Positions 18,880 to 27,010 of a stretch of DNA of 32,122 nucleotides are shown one piece after another. Within the stretch, counting starts at the first letter, position 1. Each line of letters opens with the position of its first letter. Origin of the DNA: a bacterium. GTDB lineage: Bacteria; Planctomycetota; JACOTG01; JAUIME01. The position numbers and the translations under genes were made by a program. A model generated the notes under the pieces. That model searched no databases and was not told the origin of the DNA. It worked only from the letters and a program-made list of their open reading frames with translations. The stretch spans positions 1 through 32,122 of the forward strand of contig JAUIME010000001.1 in NCBI GenBank assembly GCA_030433195.1. The letters run 5' to 3'.

Positions 18880-20007
18880 TCAGCAGACGGCTTCGAGCAC
18901 TCGGTCGTAGTAGGATTCGTACTGGCCGACGATCTTCGACTCCTCGAAGCTCTCGACGGCGGCTTCACGGCACCACGCTCGCATCTCTTCTTGGCGCGAC
19001 GTGCTCTCGAGGTAGTCGATCGCCGCTTCACCCATCGCGTCGGCGTCGCCCGGCTCGCGGATGAAGCCGGTGCGCTCGTCCTCGACGAGCTCGGGGAGAC
19101 CGCCGCCGCGCGCGCCGATCACGGGCACTCCGCAGCTGATCGCCTCGAGCGCCGAGAGGCCGAAGCTCTCGAACTCGCTCGGGAGCAGGAACAGGTCCGC
19201 GGCTTGGAAGAAGCGTTCGACGCTGTCTTGCTTGCCGAGGAAGAGCACGCGGTCGTGGACGCCCAGTTCGCGGGCGAGCTCTTCGCTCGAGGCGCGCTCG
19301 GGCCCGTCGCCCACGAGCAGCAGCCGCGCAGGCAGTTTCTCGGCCACGCGTGCGAAGGTCCGCAGCACCACGGGGAGCCGCTTCACCTTGCGGAAGTTCG
19401 ACATGTGCAGGAGCACGCGCTCGCCGCCCGGTGCCACGCGCTGCCGCAGGCACGGGTTCGGGTCGGGGCGGAATCGCTGCGTGTCGACGAAGTTGGGGAT
19501 GACTTCGATGTCACGCTCGATCTCGAACAGTCGCCGCGTCTCGACGCGCAGGAAGTTCGAGACCGCGGTTACGCCGTCGCTCTGCTGGATGCCGAATCGC
19601 GTCACCGGGTAGTACGACTTGTCGTTCCCGACGATCGTGATGTCGGTGCCGTGCAGCGTCGTGATGAAGCGGATGCGCCGGTTCGGATTCATCTGCCGCG
19701 CGAGGAATGCGCTGATCGCGTGCGGAATCGCGTAGTGGACGTGGAGCAAGTCGAGATCGTGCGCCTCGATCACTTCGAGCATCTTGCACGCGAGCGCGAG
19801 ATCGTAGGGCGGGTACTTGAACAGCGGATACGTCGTGACTTCGACTTCGTGATAGTTCGTGTTGAGCAGGTCGTCGCGAAATCGGAAGGGCACCGAATAG
19901 CTGATGTAGTGGATTTCGTGGCCGCGCGTGGCGAGGATCCGGCCGAGCTCCGTCGCGACGACGCCCGAGCCGCCGTAGGTCGGGTAGCACGTGATGCCGA
20001 TCTTCAT
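18880..20007 (-). CDS. bshA: N-acetyl-alpha-D-glucosaminyl L-malate synthase BshA (GT4)
   Basis: MKIGITCYPTYGGSGVVATELGRILATRGHEIHYISYSVPFR, YHEVEVTTYPLFKYPPYDLALA, TTLHGTDITIVG, HMSNFRKVKR, LLLVGDGPE, and ESFGLSALEAISCGVPVIG. As I recall the Bacillus BshA sequence, these match it nearly motif for motif. The ATG at 20005-20007 is preceded by AGGAGA. The long N-terminal extension in the tracked ORF is a shadow extension. Confidence 0.87.
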   Translation of the reverse strand: MKIGITCYPTYGGSGVVATELGRILATRGHEIHYISYSVPFRFRDDLLNTNYHEVEVTTYPLFKYPPYDLALACKMLEVIEAHDLDLLHVHYAIPHAISAFLARQMNPNRRIRFITTLHGTDITIVGNDKSYYPVTRFGIQQSDGVTAVSNFLRVETRRLFEIERDIEVIPNFVDTQRFRPDPNPCLRQRVAPGGERVLLHMSNFRKVKRLPVVLRTFARVAEKLPARLLLVGDGPERASSEELARELGVHDRVLFLGKQDSVERFFQAADLFLLPSEFESFGLSALEAISCGVPVIGARGGGLPELVEDERTGFIREPGDADAMGEAAIDYLESTSRQEEMRAWCREAAVESFEESKIVGQYESYYDRVLEAVC

Positions 20008-20050
20008 GGGTTCTCCTGACGCTCGCGCGGCGAGCACAGCGTTCGGTGCG

Positions 20051-20788
20051 TCATTCGTCGGGGTCGTCGCCCGTCGACGCGAACGCGTGCAGCGGATCGC
20101 GCATGCGTACGGGCGTGGTCGTGTGGAACGGCTCGCCGTAGGGGGCGCGGATGAGGCTCCCGAAGTAGCGGAAGCGCGCTTCGAGACGTTCGAGGTAATC
20201 CGCGCTCGCGATGTTCGTCGCGGGCTCGTCGCTGCCGGCCCGGTAGAGTTGCGAAGAGAAGCAACGGATTGCGGCGAGCTTCTGCTCGAACACCGCGCTG
20301 ATATCGACGATGAACGATGGCGGGAACGGGTCGTGGCACATGTACGACCAGATCTGCTCGGCGCGCCAGGGGGCGCCGTCGGCATCGATCTTCGCGAGTC
20401 CGGAGAGGAACAACACGCGTTGCAGCAGGCGTCCGGTGGCGGCATGGTCCGGATGGTAGTCGGTCGAGTAGGGGCCGACGACGACGGCGGGGCGGTGGCG
20501 GCGGATCGCCTCGATGACCGCGCGCCGCGCGTCGGGTTCTTCGTCCGAGATCGCGCCGTCGGGCAGCTCGAGGTTCTCGCGGAACGACGCGCCGAGCAGG
20601 TTCGCCGCCGCCTCGGCTTCGTCGAGGCGCGTTTCGGGCGTGCCGCGCGTTCCGGTCTCGCCGCGTGTGAGATCGACGAGCCCGACGCGATAGCCGCGCT
20701 CGACCATCGTCGCGACGAGGCCGCCGCACGAGATCTCGATGTCGTCCGGATGCGGACCGAAGACGAGTAGGTCGACGGATTGCGTCAT
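20051..20788 (-). CDS. bshB: N-acetyl-alpha-D-glucosaminyl L-malate deacetylase BshB (LmbE/PIG-L family)
   Basis: DLLVFGPHPDDIEISCGGLVATMVERGYRVGLVDLTRGETGTRGT and YSTDYHPDHAATG are the PIG-L zinc-deacetylase motifs (AHPDD, HPDH) in the BshB1-like arrangement. Its ATG overlaps the bshC stop (ATGA). Confidence 0.82.
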   Translation of the reverse strand: MTQSVDLLVFGPHPDDIEISCGGLVATMVERGYRVGLVDLTRGETGTRGTPETRLDEAEAAANLLGASFRENLELPDGAISDEEPDARRAVIEAIRRHRPAVVVGPYSTDYHPDHAATGRLLQRVLFLSGLAKIDADGAPWRAEQIWSYMCHDPFPPSFIVDISAVFEQKLAAIRCFSSQLYRAGSDEPATNIASADYLERLEARFRYFGSLIRAPYGEPFHTTTPVRMRDPLHAFASTGDDPDE

Positions 20789-22416
20789 GATGCGGCTCCT
20801 TCGGGCGGGGGTCCGGGCCGAAGCGTGACGAACTGATGGCGGAAGTCGAAGGCGTCGAGTCCCTCGGTCACGCTCGATGCAAGACCGTCGCCGAATCGGG
20901 CGCGAAGCGCAAGGGGGCCGTAGACGCGCTCCTGCAGCCGACCGCGCGGCGCGACCTCGGCGCGCAGGCGCGACCAGCGATCCCGGCCGCGACCGGCGAC
21001 ACGCTCGGCTCCGTCGCGAACGACGCGATCGAGTTTCTCGAGGCGCGTGCGGATCTGATCAGCGAGCTTCTCGATCGATCGTGGCAGCCCGGGTTCGATC
21101 GCGCCCGCGCTCTCGGCGAGGCGTGCGAGATCCTCGGTCGCCGCGCGATGCAGTCGGTCGAGCGGTTCGCGGACGGCGTCGGGGAGGTCGGCCGTGACGG
21201 GGGGCGCTTCGGGCATCGAGAGCAGCGCTGCGCCGTCGAGACCGAAGTCGTCGGCCGTCGCGATCTGGCGCTCGGTGACGAGCGTCGCCGAGGCGCGCGG
21301 GAACAGGCGCGGCATCGTGAGATCCAACAGTCCGAACGCATCGCGAAGCTCCGCGAAGTACGCGATCTCGGAGGGACCGCCGACGAATGTCGGAACCGGG
21401 AGCACGTGCGACTGCACGAGCGGACGGGTCACGACGTCGGAACTGAAATCCTGAGGCCGCGCACGGACGTGCTCGACAAGCTCGTCGCGAGTCCACGACT
21501 CTCCGCTCGCTGCGGTGACGCGATCGCCGTCGACATCGAGTCGCGTGCGTTTGCCGTCGATCGTACGGAACAGATGCAGGGCGCCCGAACGATCGAGAAT
21601 CGGCTCGTAGCCGGCGTCCGACACGCGGGCGTTCGCGTTGGCGAGCGCCCCTTCGAGCGCTTCGTGCTCCCGGATCACGCGCTCGAACACCGGCGCCGAC
21701 GCGCCGCGGATCCAGCGCGGATCGACGATGGCGAGCCCCGTTTCGGGGAACGTCGCGAGCAGGGCGCGCGAGAACCAATCGGCGAGCGATTCGCCCGAAC
21801 GCGCGCCGAATCGCGCGAAGGCGTCGTCGCGGAAGTCGGAATCCGGGAGCTGTCCGCGGAGGTGCTCTTGGAATTCGAGGAAGGCGTCGTCGACGATCAC
21901 GTCGTGCGCGGCGCGGCCGTCGGCGTCGACCGGAGCGCGTTCGCGTTTCGGTGCGTCCGCGCCGGGGAGTTCGACCGACGTGATCTCGTCGAGGTCGTGA
22001 TCCTCGGACGCCGTCCAGAACAACGGCACGAACCGGAAGCGCCCGCGGCTCTGAGCCGTGAGGCGGCGTGCGACCGAGACCGCGGTCCAGGCCTTGTAGA
22101 GGGTGAACAGCGGACCGCCGTAGATGCCGGCCTGCTGCCCCGCGACGACCGCGAAGGTGTCGTCGTCGGCGAGCTGTGCGATCGATGCGAGCGCCGCGTC
22201 GTCGGCGCCCAGTCGTCGGTTCTCGCTCTCGAGCGATTCGGCGACCTCGGCACGCGGGTACGTGCGTGGGGCGAGCGCTTCGGTCGTTTGCAGGTGATCG
22301 TCGAGTTCGGCGAAGCCACCCTCGACGAGCTCGAGCGCGCGCGGCGATCCGGTCACGTAGTCGCGGAAGAATGCGGGAGAACGGGGCAGATCACGATAGG
22401 AGACCGGTTCGATCAC
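20785..22416 (-). CDS. bshC: Bacillithiol biosynthesis cysteine-adding enzyme BshC
   Basis: At 543 aa it has the typical BshC length. Motifs: YRDLPRSPAFFRDYVTG, VVAGQQAGIYGGPLFTLYKAWTAV (the BshC GQQxG..GPL.T..K signature) and VPLFWTASEDHD. The GTG start at 22414-22416 directly abuts the TGA of the upstream methyltransferase. Confidence 0.82.
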   Translation of the reverse strand: MIEPVSYRDLPRSPAFFRDYVTGSPRALELVEGGFAELDDHLQTTEALAPRTYPRAEVAESLESENRRLGADDAALASIAQLADDDTFAVVAGQQAGIYGGPLFTLYKAWTAVSVARRLTAQSRGRFRFVPLFWTASEDHDLDEITSVELPGADAPKRERAPVDADGRAAHDVIVDDAFLEFQEHLRGQLPDSDFRDDAFARFGARSGESLADWFSRALLATFPETGLAIVDPRWIRGASAPVFERVIREHEALEGALANANARVSDAGYEPILDRSGALHLFRTIDGKRTRLDVDGDRVTAASGESWTRDELVEHVRARPQDFSSDVVTRPLVQSHVLPVPTFVGGPSEIAYFAELRDAFGLLDLTMPRLFPRASATLVTERQIATADDFGLDGAALLSMPEAPPVTADLPDAVREPLDRLHRAATEDLARLAESAGAIEPGLPRSIEKLADQIRTRLEKLDRVVRDGAERVAGRGRDRWSRLRAEVAPRGRLQERVYGPLALRARFGDGLASSVTEGLDAFDFRHQFVTLRPGPPPEGAAS

Positions 22417-23202
22417 TCAGTCGAGCCTCCGGGCGGTGACGATCGTGCGCGGCGTATCGTCGTCGTGCGGTTCTCCCGCGAACGACCCGAACACGTCGAG
22501 CACCTCGAACCCTGCATCGGCCACCAATCGCACGAGTGCCTCCTTGTCGTAGAGCCGAACCGACTCGCGAAACGTCTTCGCCGTACGAGACGACGCAGAC
22601 GGCTCGGTGCCGTCGCCCGACGGATCGCCGCTGTCGTCTGCCTCGGGCTCGAGACGGATCGTCTTCTCGACGCGCAGCCCGTCGGGGCTGATCGCTCGGT
22701 CTTCGATGATCCGGACCCCCTTGCGGGTTACTTCCGAATGCGGGACGAGAGTCCGGATGACGCGCGGTGCGTTCAAGAAGTCGAGCAGGAAGCGGCCGCC
22801 TGGGCGAAGCACCCCGCGGATTTCGCGCAAGACGCGACCGTCATCGCTCGAGTCGTCGAAGTAACCGAAGCTCGTGAAAAGGCTTACGGCCGCGTCGAAG
22901 GCGGCTCGAAAGGGTAGCCGGCGCATGTCGCCGCGCACGAAGACGTCGTTGGGGCGGTCGAGTCGCGAGCGGCCGCTGCGCAGGAGATCGATCGAAAGAT
23001 CGATGCCCGTGACGCGAAGCCCGGCCTCCTCGAGGCTCACCGAATGACGGCCCGTCCCGCATCCCACGTCGAGCACCTTCATGCCGCGCTCGAGCGTCAG
23101 CATGCGGAGGATCGCGTCGGCTTCCGAGGAGCCCTGGCGGTCGTCGCGATGCGCATAGACCTCGAGGTAGTCCTTGCCGAAGCTTTCGCGATACCAGGCC
23201 AT
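22417..23202 (-). CDS. Class I SAM-dependent methyltransferase (candidate bacillithiol-modifying enzyme; see findings)
   Basis: Motif I is KVLDVGCGTGRHSVSLEEAGLRVTGIDLS. The post-I acidic residue is present, as are DAAVSLFTSFGYF and LRPGGRFLLD. The ATG at 23200-23202 is preceded by GAGGAG. The 24 upstream codons of the tracked ORF overlap pyrF. Confidence 0.8.
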   Translation of the reverse strand: MAWYRESFGKDYLEVYAHRDDRQGSSEADAILRMLTLERGMKVLDVGCGTGRHSVSLEEAGLRVTGIDLSIDLLRSGRSRLDRPNDVFVRGDMRRLPFRAAFDAAVSLFTSFGYFDDSSDDGRVLREIRGVLRPGGRFLLDFLNAPRVIRTLVPHSEVTRKGVRIIEDRAISPDGLRVEKTIRLEPEADDSGDPSGDGTEPSASSRTAKTFRESVRLYDKEALVRLVADAGFEVLDVFGSFAGEPHDDDTPRTIVTARRLD

Positions 23203-24106
23203 CGCGCCGACTACTCCTCGCGCCAGAGGGCGTTCGCGAGCTTCGTCGTCTCGCGTACGACACTCGATTCCCAATCGTTCGGGTCGTCGTCCTTCTCGTA
23301 GGCGTACAAGATGCCGCGCGACGAGTTCACGACACCGTTCGTCGCCGGCTCACCGAGCGCGGCCACGACGTCTTCGGCCTTCGCGCCCTGCGCGCCGACG
23401 CCGGGGATCAAGAACGGGCTTGCGGGCATGCGCTCGCGCGCTTCGAGAAGCTCACGCGGGAACGTCGCGCCGACGACCGCGCCGATCGCGCTGCGTCCGT
23501 GGCTGCCGACGCACTCGGCGCCCCATTCGGCGACGAGCCGTGCCACGCGATGGAAAACGAGCTCCTCGTCCGTGACCAACGACTGCACGTCGATCGACGA
23601 AGGATTCGACGTTTTAACGAGCACGAACAGACCTTTGCCGTGATCGCGGCAATAGGGCATGAACGGCCGAATGGCGTCGATTCCCATGTAGGGATTGACC
23701 GTGACCGCGTCGAACGGAAGCGCTCGCGCCGGGTTCGAGCTCGAGTCGAGCGAGGTGTCGCCGAAGTACGACTGCGCGAAGGCGTCGGCGGTGCTGCCGA
23801 TGTCGCCGCGCTTCACGTCGCCGATCACGAGGAGGCCGAGCTCGCTCGCATGGCGCGAGACGTTGCGCGCGGCGCGGATCCCGGGCGGGCCGAAGATCTC
23901 GAAGTAGGCAAGCTGGAGCTTCACGGTGGCCGCATGGGGGGCGACGAGCTCGCAGACGCGCTTGCAGAACCCTTCGATCGCGTCGGCGCCGCGCTCGAGC
24001 GGATCGTCGCTCGCGCCGCCGGCGTCGCGGAATTCGGCCGGCAGCCGATCCCAGACGGGATCGAGTCCGACACACACGGGACTGTGCTTGGCGAGGATCG
24101 CCTCGC

Positions 24107-24699
<593 letters not shown>

Positions 24700-24703
<4 letters not shown>

Positions 24704-25749
24704 GACGGCCGCTTTCGCTTCGGCGTCGACGATTTCGACGCCTTGCCGCCGGGTTTCGACGGGCTGCGCTTCGAGGTCTTGCCACCGGATTGCGAGGTCT
24801 TGCCACCGGTCTTCGAGGTGTTGCCACGGGTCTGCGATTTCTCGCGCTTCGAGGCCTTGTCTTGCGATTGCGCGTCGGGTTCGTGCTTTCGCTCGGAGCT
24901 TTCGCGAGGCGGCGGACGGTCCGATGCCACCGGGAGCACCTCGACGTCGTGCGCGGCCGGGACCGAGACGACTTGCGAGGCCGGCACGATCACGCCGCCC
25001 GTGATGATGAATCGGAAGGCTTGCTCGACGTCGATGTCGAGGGGGATGACATCCGCGCGCGGCACGAAGACCGTGTAGCCGGTCATCGGTGCGGGCGAAC
25101 TCGGGATGAACACCGAGACGAGCGGCCGCCCGCAGTGCTCGTGGAGCTGTCGGAGGCCGTCGCCGGTCATGAAGCCGATCGCCCAGATCTCGCGGCGCGG
25201 ATACTCGAACGCGACGACCGTATTGAAGTCGAGCTTCTTCTCCTTGAAGAAGAATTCGACGAGCTGCTTCGCGTTCGGGTAGATGATCTTGATGACGGGG
25301 AACTTCGAGAGCAGATTCTCGAAGCGCACGAAGACCCGCCTACCGAGGTACGACGCGAGGATGAAGCCGATCACGAAGATCAGCAGCAGCGCGATCAAGA
25401 AGCCGAGGATCGGCGGAATCGCCTCGTTGAGGATCTCCGTGAGTTTCTGGCGATCGGGGAGATTCGAGTCAGGCTTCTTGAAGGACATCCACTCGGTGCC
25501 GGGGCGCACGCGATAGCGGTACGTGCTGAGGTCGAGTTCGACACCGCCGTAGCGTTCGAGCAGATCCCGTCCGAAGGACGTGTTGACGAGGATCCGGTGG
25601 ATGGTGTGGTTGATCGGGGCCGCGACGTTGTCGCGGACGAAGCGGTAGCAAATGAAGAGGACGACGATCGTGAGGATCGTCGGGAGCAGCGAAGCGAGCC
25701 CGCGCATGAAGAACAGGCGAGCTTTCGACCGGTCCGTTTTGTTCTTCAT
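24700..25749 (-). CDS. DUF502 family membrane protein with a Lys/Ser/Gly/Thr-rich C-terminal tail
   Basis: RGLASLLPTILTIVVLFICYRFV (DUF502 N-terminal TM), a second TM IPPILGFLIALLLIFVIGFIL, and VSVFIPSSPAPMTGYTVFVPRADVIPLDIDVEQAFRFIITGGV (conserved DUF502 core). Its stop overlaps the trpG ATG (ATGA). Confidence 0.75.
24770..24832. repeat. Three tandem 21-bp repeats inside the DUF502 gene tail
   Basis: ttcgaggtcttgccaccggat / tgcgaggtcttgccaccggtc / ttcgaggtgttgccacgggtc. On the coding (minus) strand they encode heptads of the form TSKTGGK / TSQSGGK. Confidence 0.7.
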
Positions 25750-25835
25750 CGACGCACGCAGGCCCAGAGAGGGGTGAGCGTGCAGGATAGATTCCGCGAG
25801 GGGCGCGGTTCAAGGGGCTCCGGCCCGAAAGGACG

Positions 25836-26657
25836 TCAGACGCGCGTGTCGTCCCTCGTGAGGATGTTCTGGAGCTTGCGGAGGGCTTCGTTCTCGATCT
25901 GCCGCACTCGCTCGCGCGTGAGGTTGACGCGCTTGCCGATCTCCTTGAGCGTCATGGGCTCCGTGTTGCCGAGGCCGTAGCGCAGCTTGAGGATCTTCGC
26001 TTCGCGCTCGTCGATCGTCCCCAGCACTTCCTGCAGCTTCTCGAGATCGAGCGCCTCGAAGAGCGCCTTGTCGGGCTGCGTCGCGTTCGTGTCTTCGAGC
26101 ACGTCACTCAGCGACCACAGCACGTCGAGGCTCGTCGACTGCGACGACGACGTGTACGTTCGGATCGCGCGCTTGATCACGCCGACGCTTTCGGGAGCGA
26201 TGTTGAGCTCGATCGCCACTTCGGCGACGCTCGGCTGGCGGCCGAGCTTGTACTGCAGCTCCATCGAGACCGTCTTCCACTTGTCGATGATCTCGACCAT
26301 GTACGACGGGACGCGAACGGTCTTGACCGTGTTCACGAGCGCGCGGCGGATCGACTGCTTGATCCACCAGGTCGCGTACGTGCTGAAGCGGCACTCTTCG
26401 TCCGGATCGAAGCGCTCGACGGCCTTGAGCAGGCCGAGGTTGCCTTCTTCGATGAGGTCCATGAACGAGAGCCCGCGATTGATGTAGTTCTTCGCGATGC
26501 TTACGACGAGGCGGAGGTTGGCGCGGATCATTTGCTCGCGTGCGGCGGGGTCGCCGACACGGATCTTGCGAGCGAGATCCTTCTCCTCGTCCGCGGTCAG
26601 GAGCGAGACCTGGTTGATCTCCTGGAGGTACGTTTCGAGGGCAGACTCTCTGGCGAT
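25836..26657 (-). CDS. Sigma-70 family RNA polymerase sigma factor (RpoD/RpoS-like, group-2-like, about 273 aa)
   Basis: Region 2: LRLVVSIAKNYINRGLSFMDLIEEGNLGLLKAVERFDPDEECRFSTYATWWIKQSIRRAL. Region 3: VRVPSYMVEIIDKW. Region 4.2: LKEIGKRVNLTRERVRQIENEALRKL. The tracked ORF starts at ATG 26531. My hand translation of the same frame upstream gives SALETYLQEINQVSLLTADEEKDLARKIRVGDPAAREQ (regions 1.2/2.1). The 5' end given here is the ATC at 26655-26657, 6 nt after GGAGGA. The start codon remains uncertain (see findings). Confidence 0.85.
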   Translation of the reverse strand: MARESALETYLQEINQVSLLTADEEKDLARKIRVGDPAAREQMIRANLRLVVSIAKNYINRGLSFMDLIEEGNLGLLKAVERFDPDEECRFSTYATWWIKQSIRRALVNTVKTVRVPSYMVEIIDKWKTVSMELQYKLGRQPSVAEVAIELNIAPESVGVIKRAIRTYTSSSQSTSLDVLWSLSDVLEDTNATQPDKALFEALDLEKLQEVLGTIDEREAKILKLRYGLGNTEPMTLKEIGKRVNLTRERVRQIENEALRKLQNILTRDDTRV

Positions 26658-26954
26658 GGCTCTTCCTCCGGTGAACGGGACCGCGTCGAGGAAAGCGAAG
26701 TCTCGACCGGGCAGGATGTTCGCGGGATCGGCACACGACGGGAGCCGTGACCGACTGAGAGCCCTTCTTCTTAGGAATCCCCTGGGGGACCCTCCATTAT
26801 CGTACGTGCGGGGGGGAGGATTGAGGACTTGCCGGAAAAACAGTTGACTTCGGGCCGCGAACCCAGATGAACAAGCCCGTTAGTTGCGGGTCGAACGGCC
26901 GGGGGGAGGCGTTCAGGGGCAGCCCGGGAGCATGATCGGCCGGGAAATCCAGCC

Positions 26955-26976
26955 GGGAGCACCGCAAGGTGCTCCC
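26955..26976 (-). terminator. Hairpin downstream of the sugar-transferase gene (possible terminator)
   Basis: GGGAGCACC-GCAA-GGTGCTCCC is a perfect 9-bp stem with a 4-nt loop, starting 35 nt after the stop at 27011. A third copy of GGTGCTCCC lies at 26989-26997. There is no clean U-tract (the minus strand continues GGCUGGAUUUCC). Confidence 0.35.
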
Positions 26977-27010
26977 GTGTCTTGCGGCGGTGCTCCCGCG
27001 AGGCGCGGGC

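Noticed and set aside
20836-22917. 693-aa plus-strand ORF antisense to bshC and the methyltransferase
   Set aside because: It is a shadow ORF. The minus-strand products carry clear BshC and SAM-methyltransferase motifs, while this frame is R/E/D/G/A-rich with no motifs.
26771-26962. 63-aa minus-strand ORF upstream of the sigma factor gene
   Set aside because: It has P/R/G/S-rich composition, no SD and no motif. It overlaps the terminator-like hairpin and probable sigma-gene leader.
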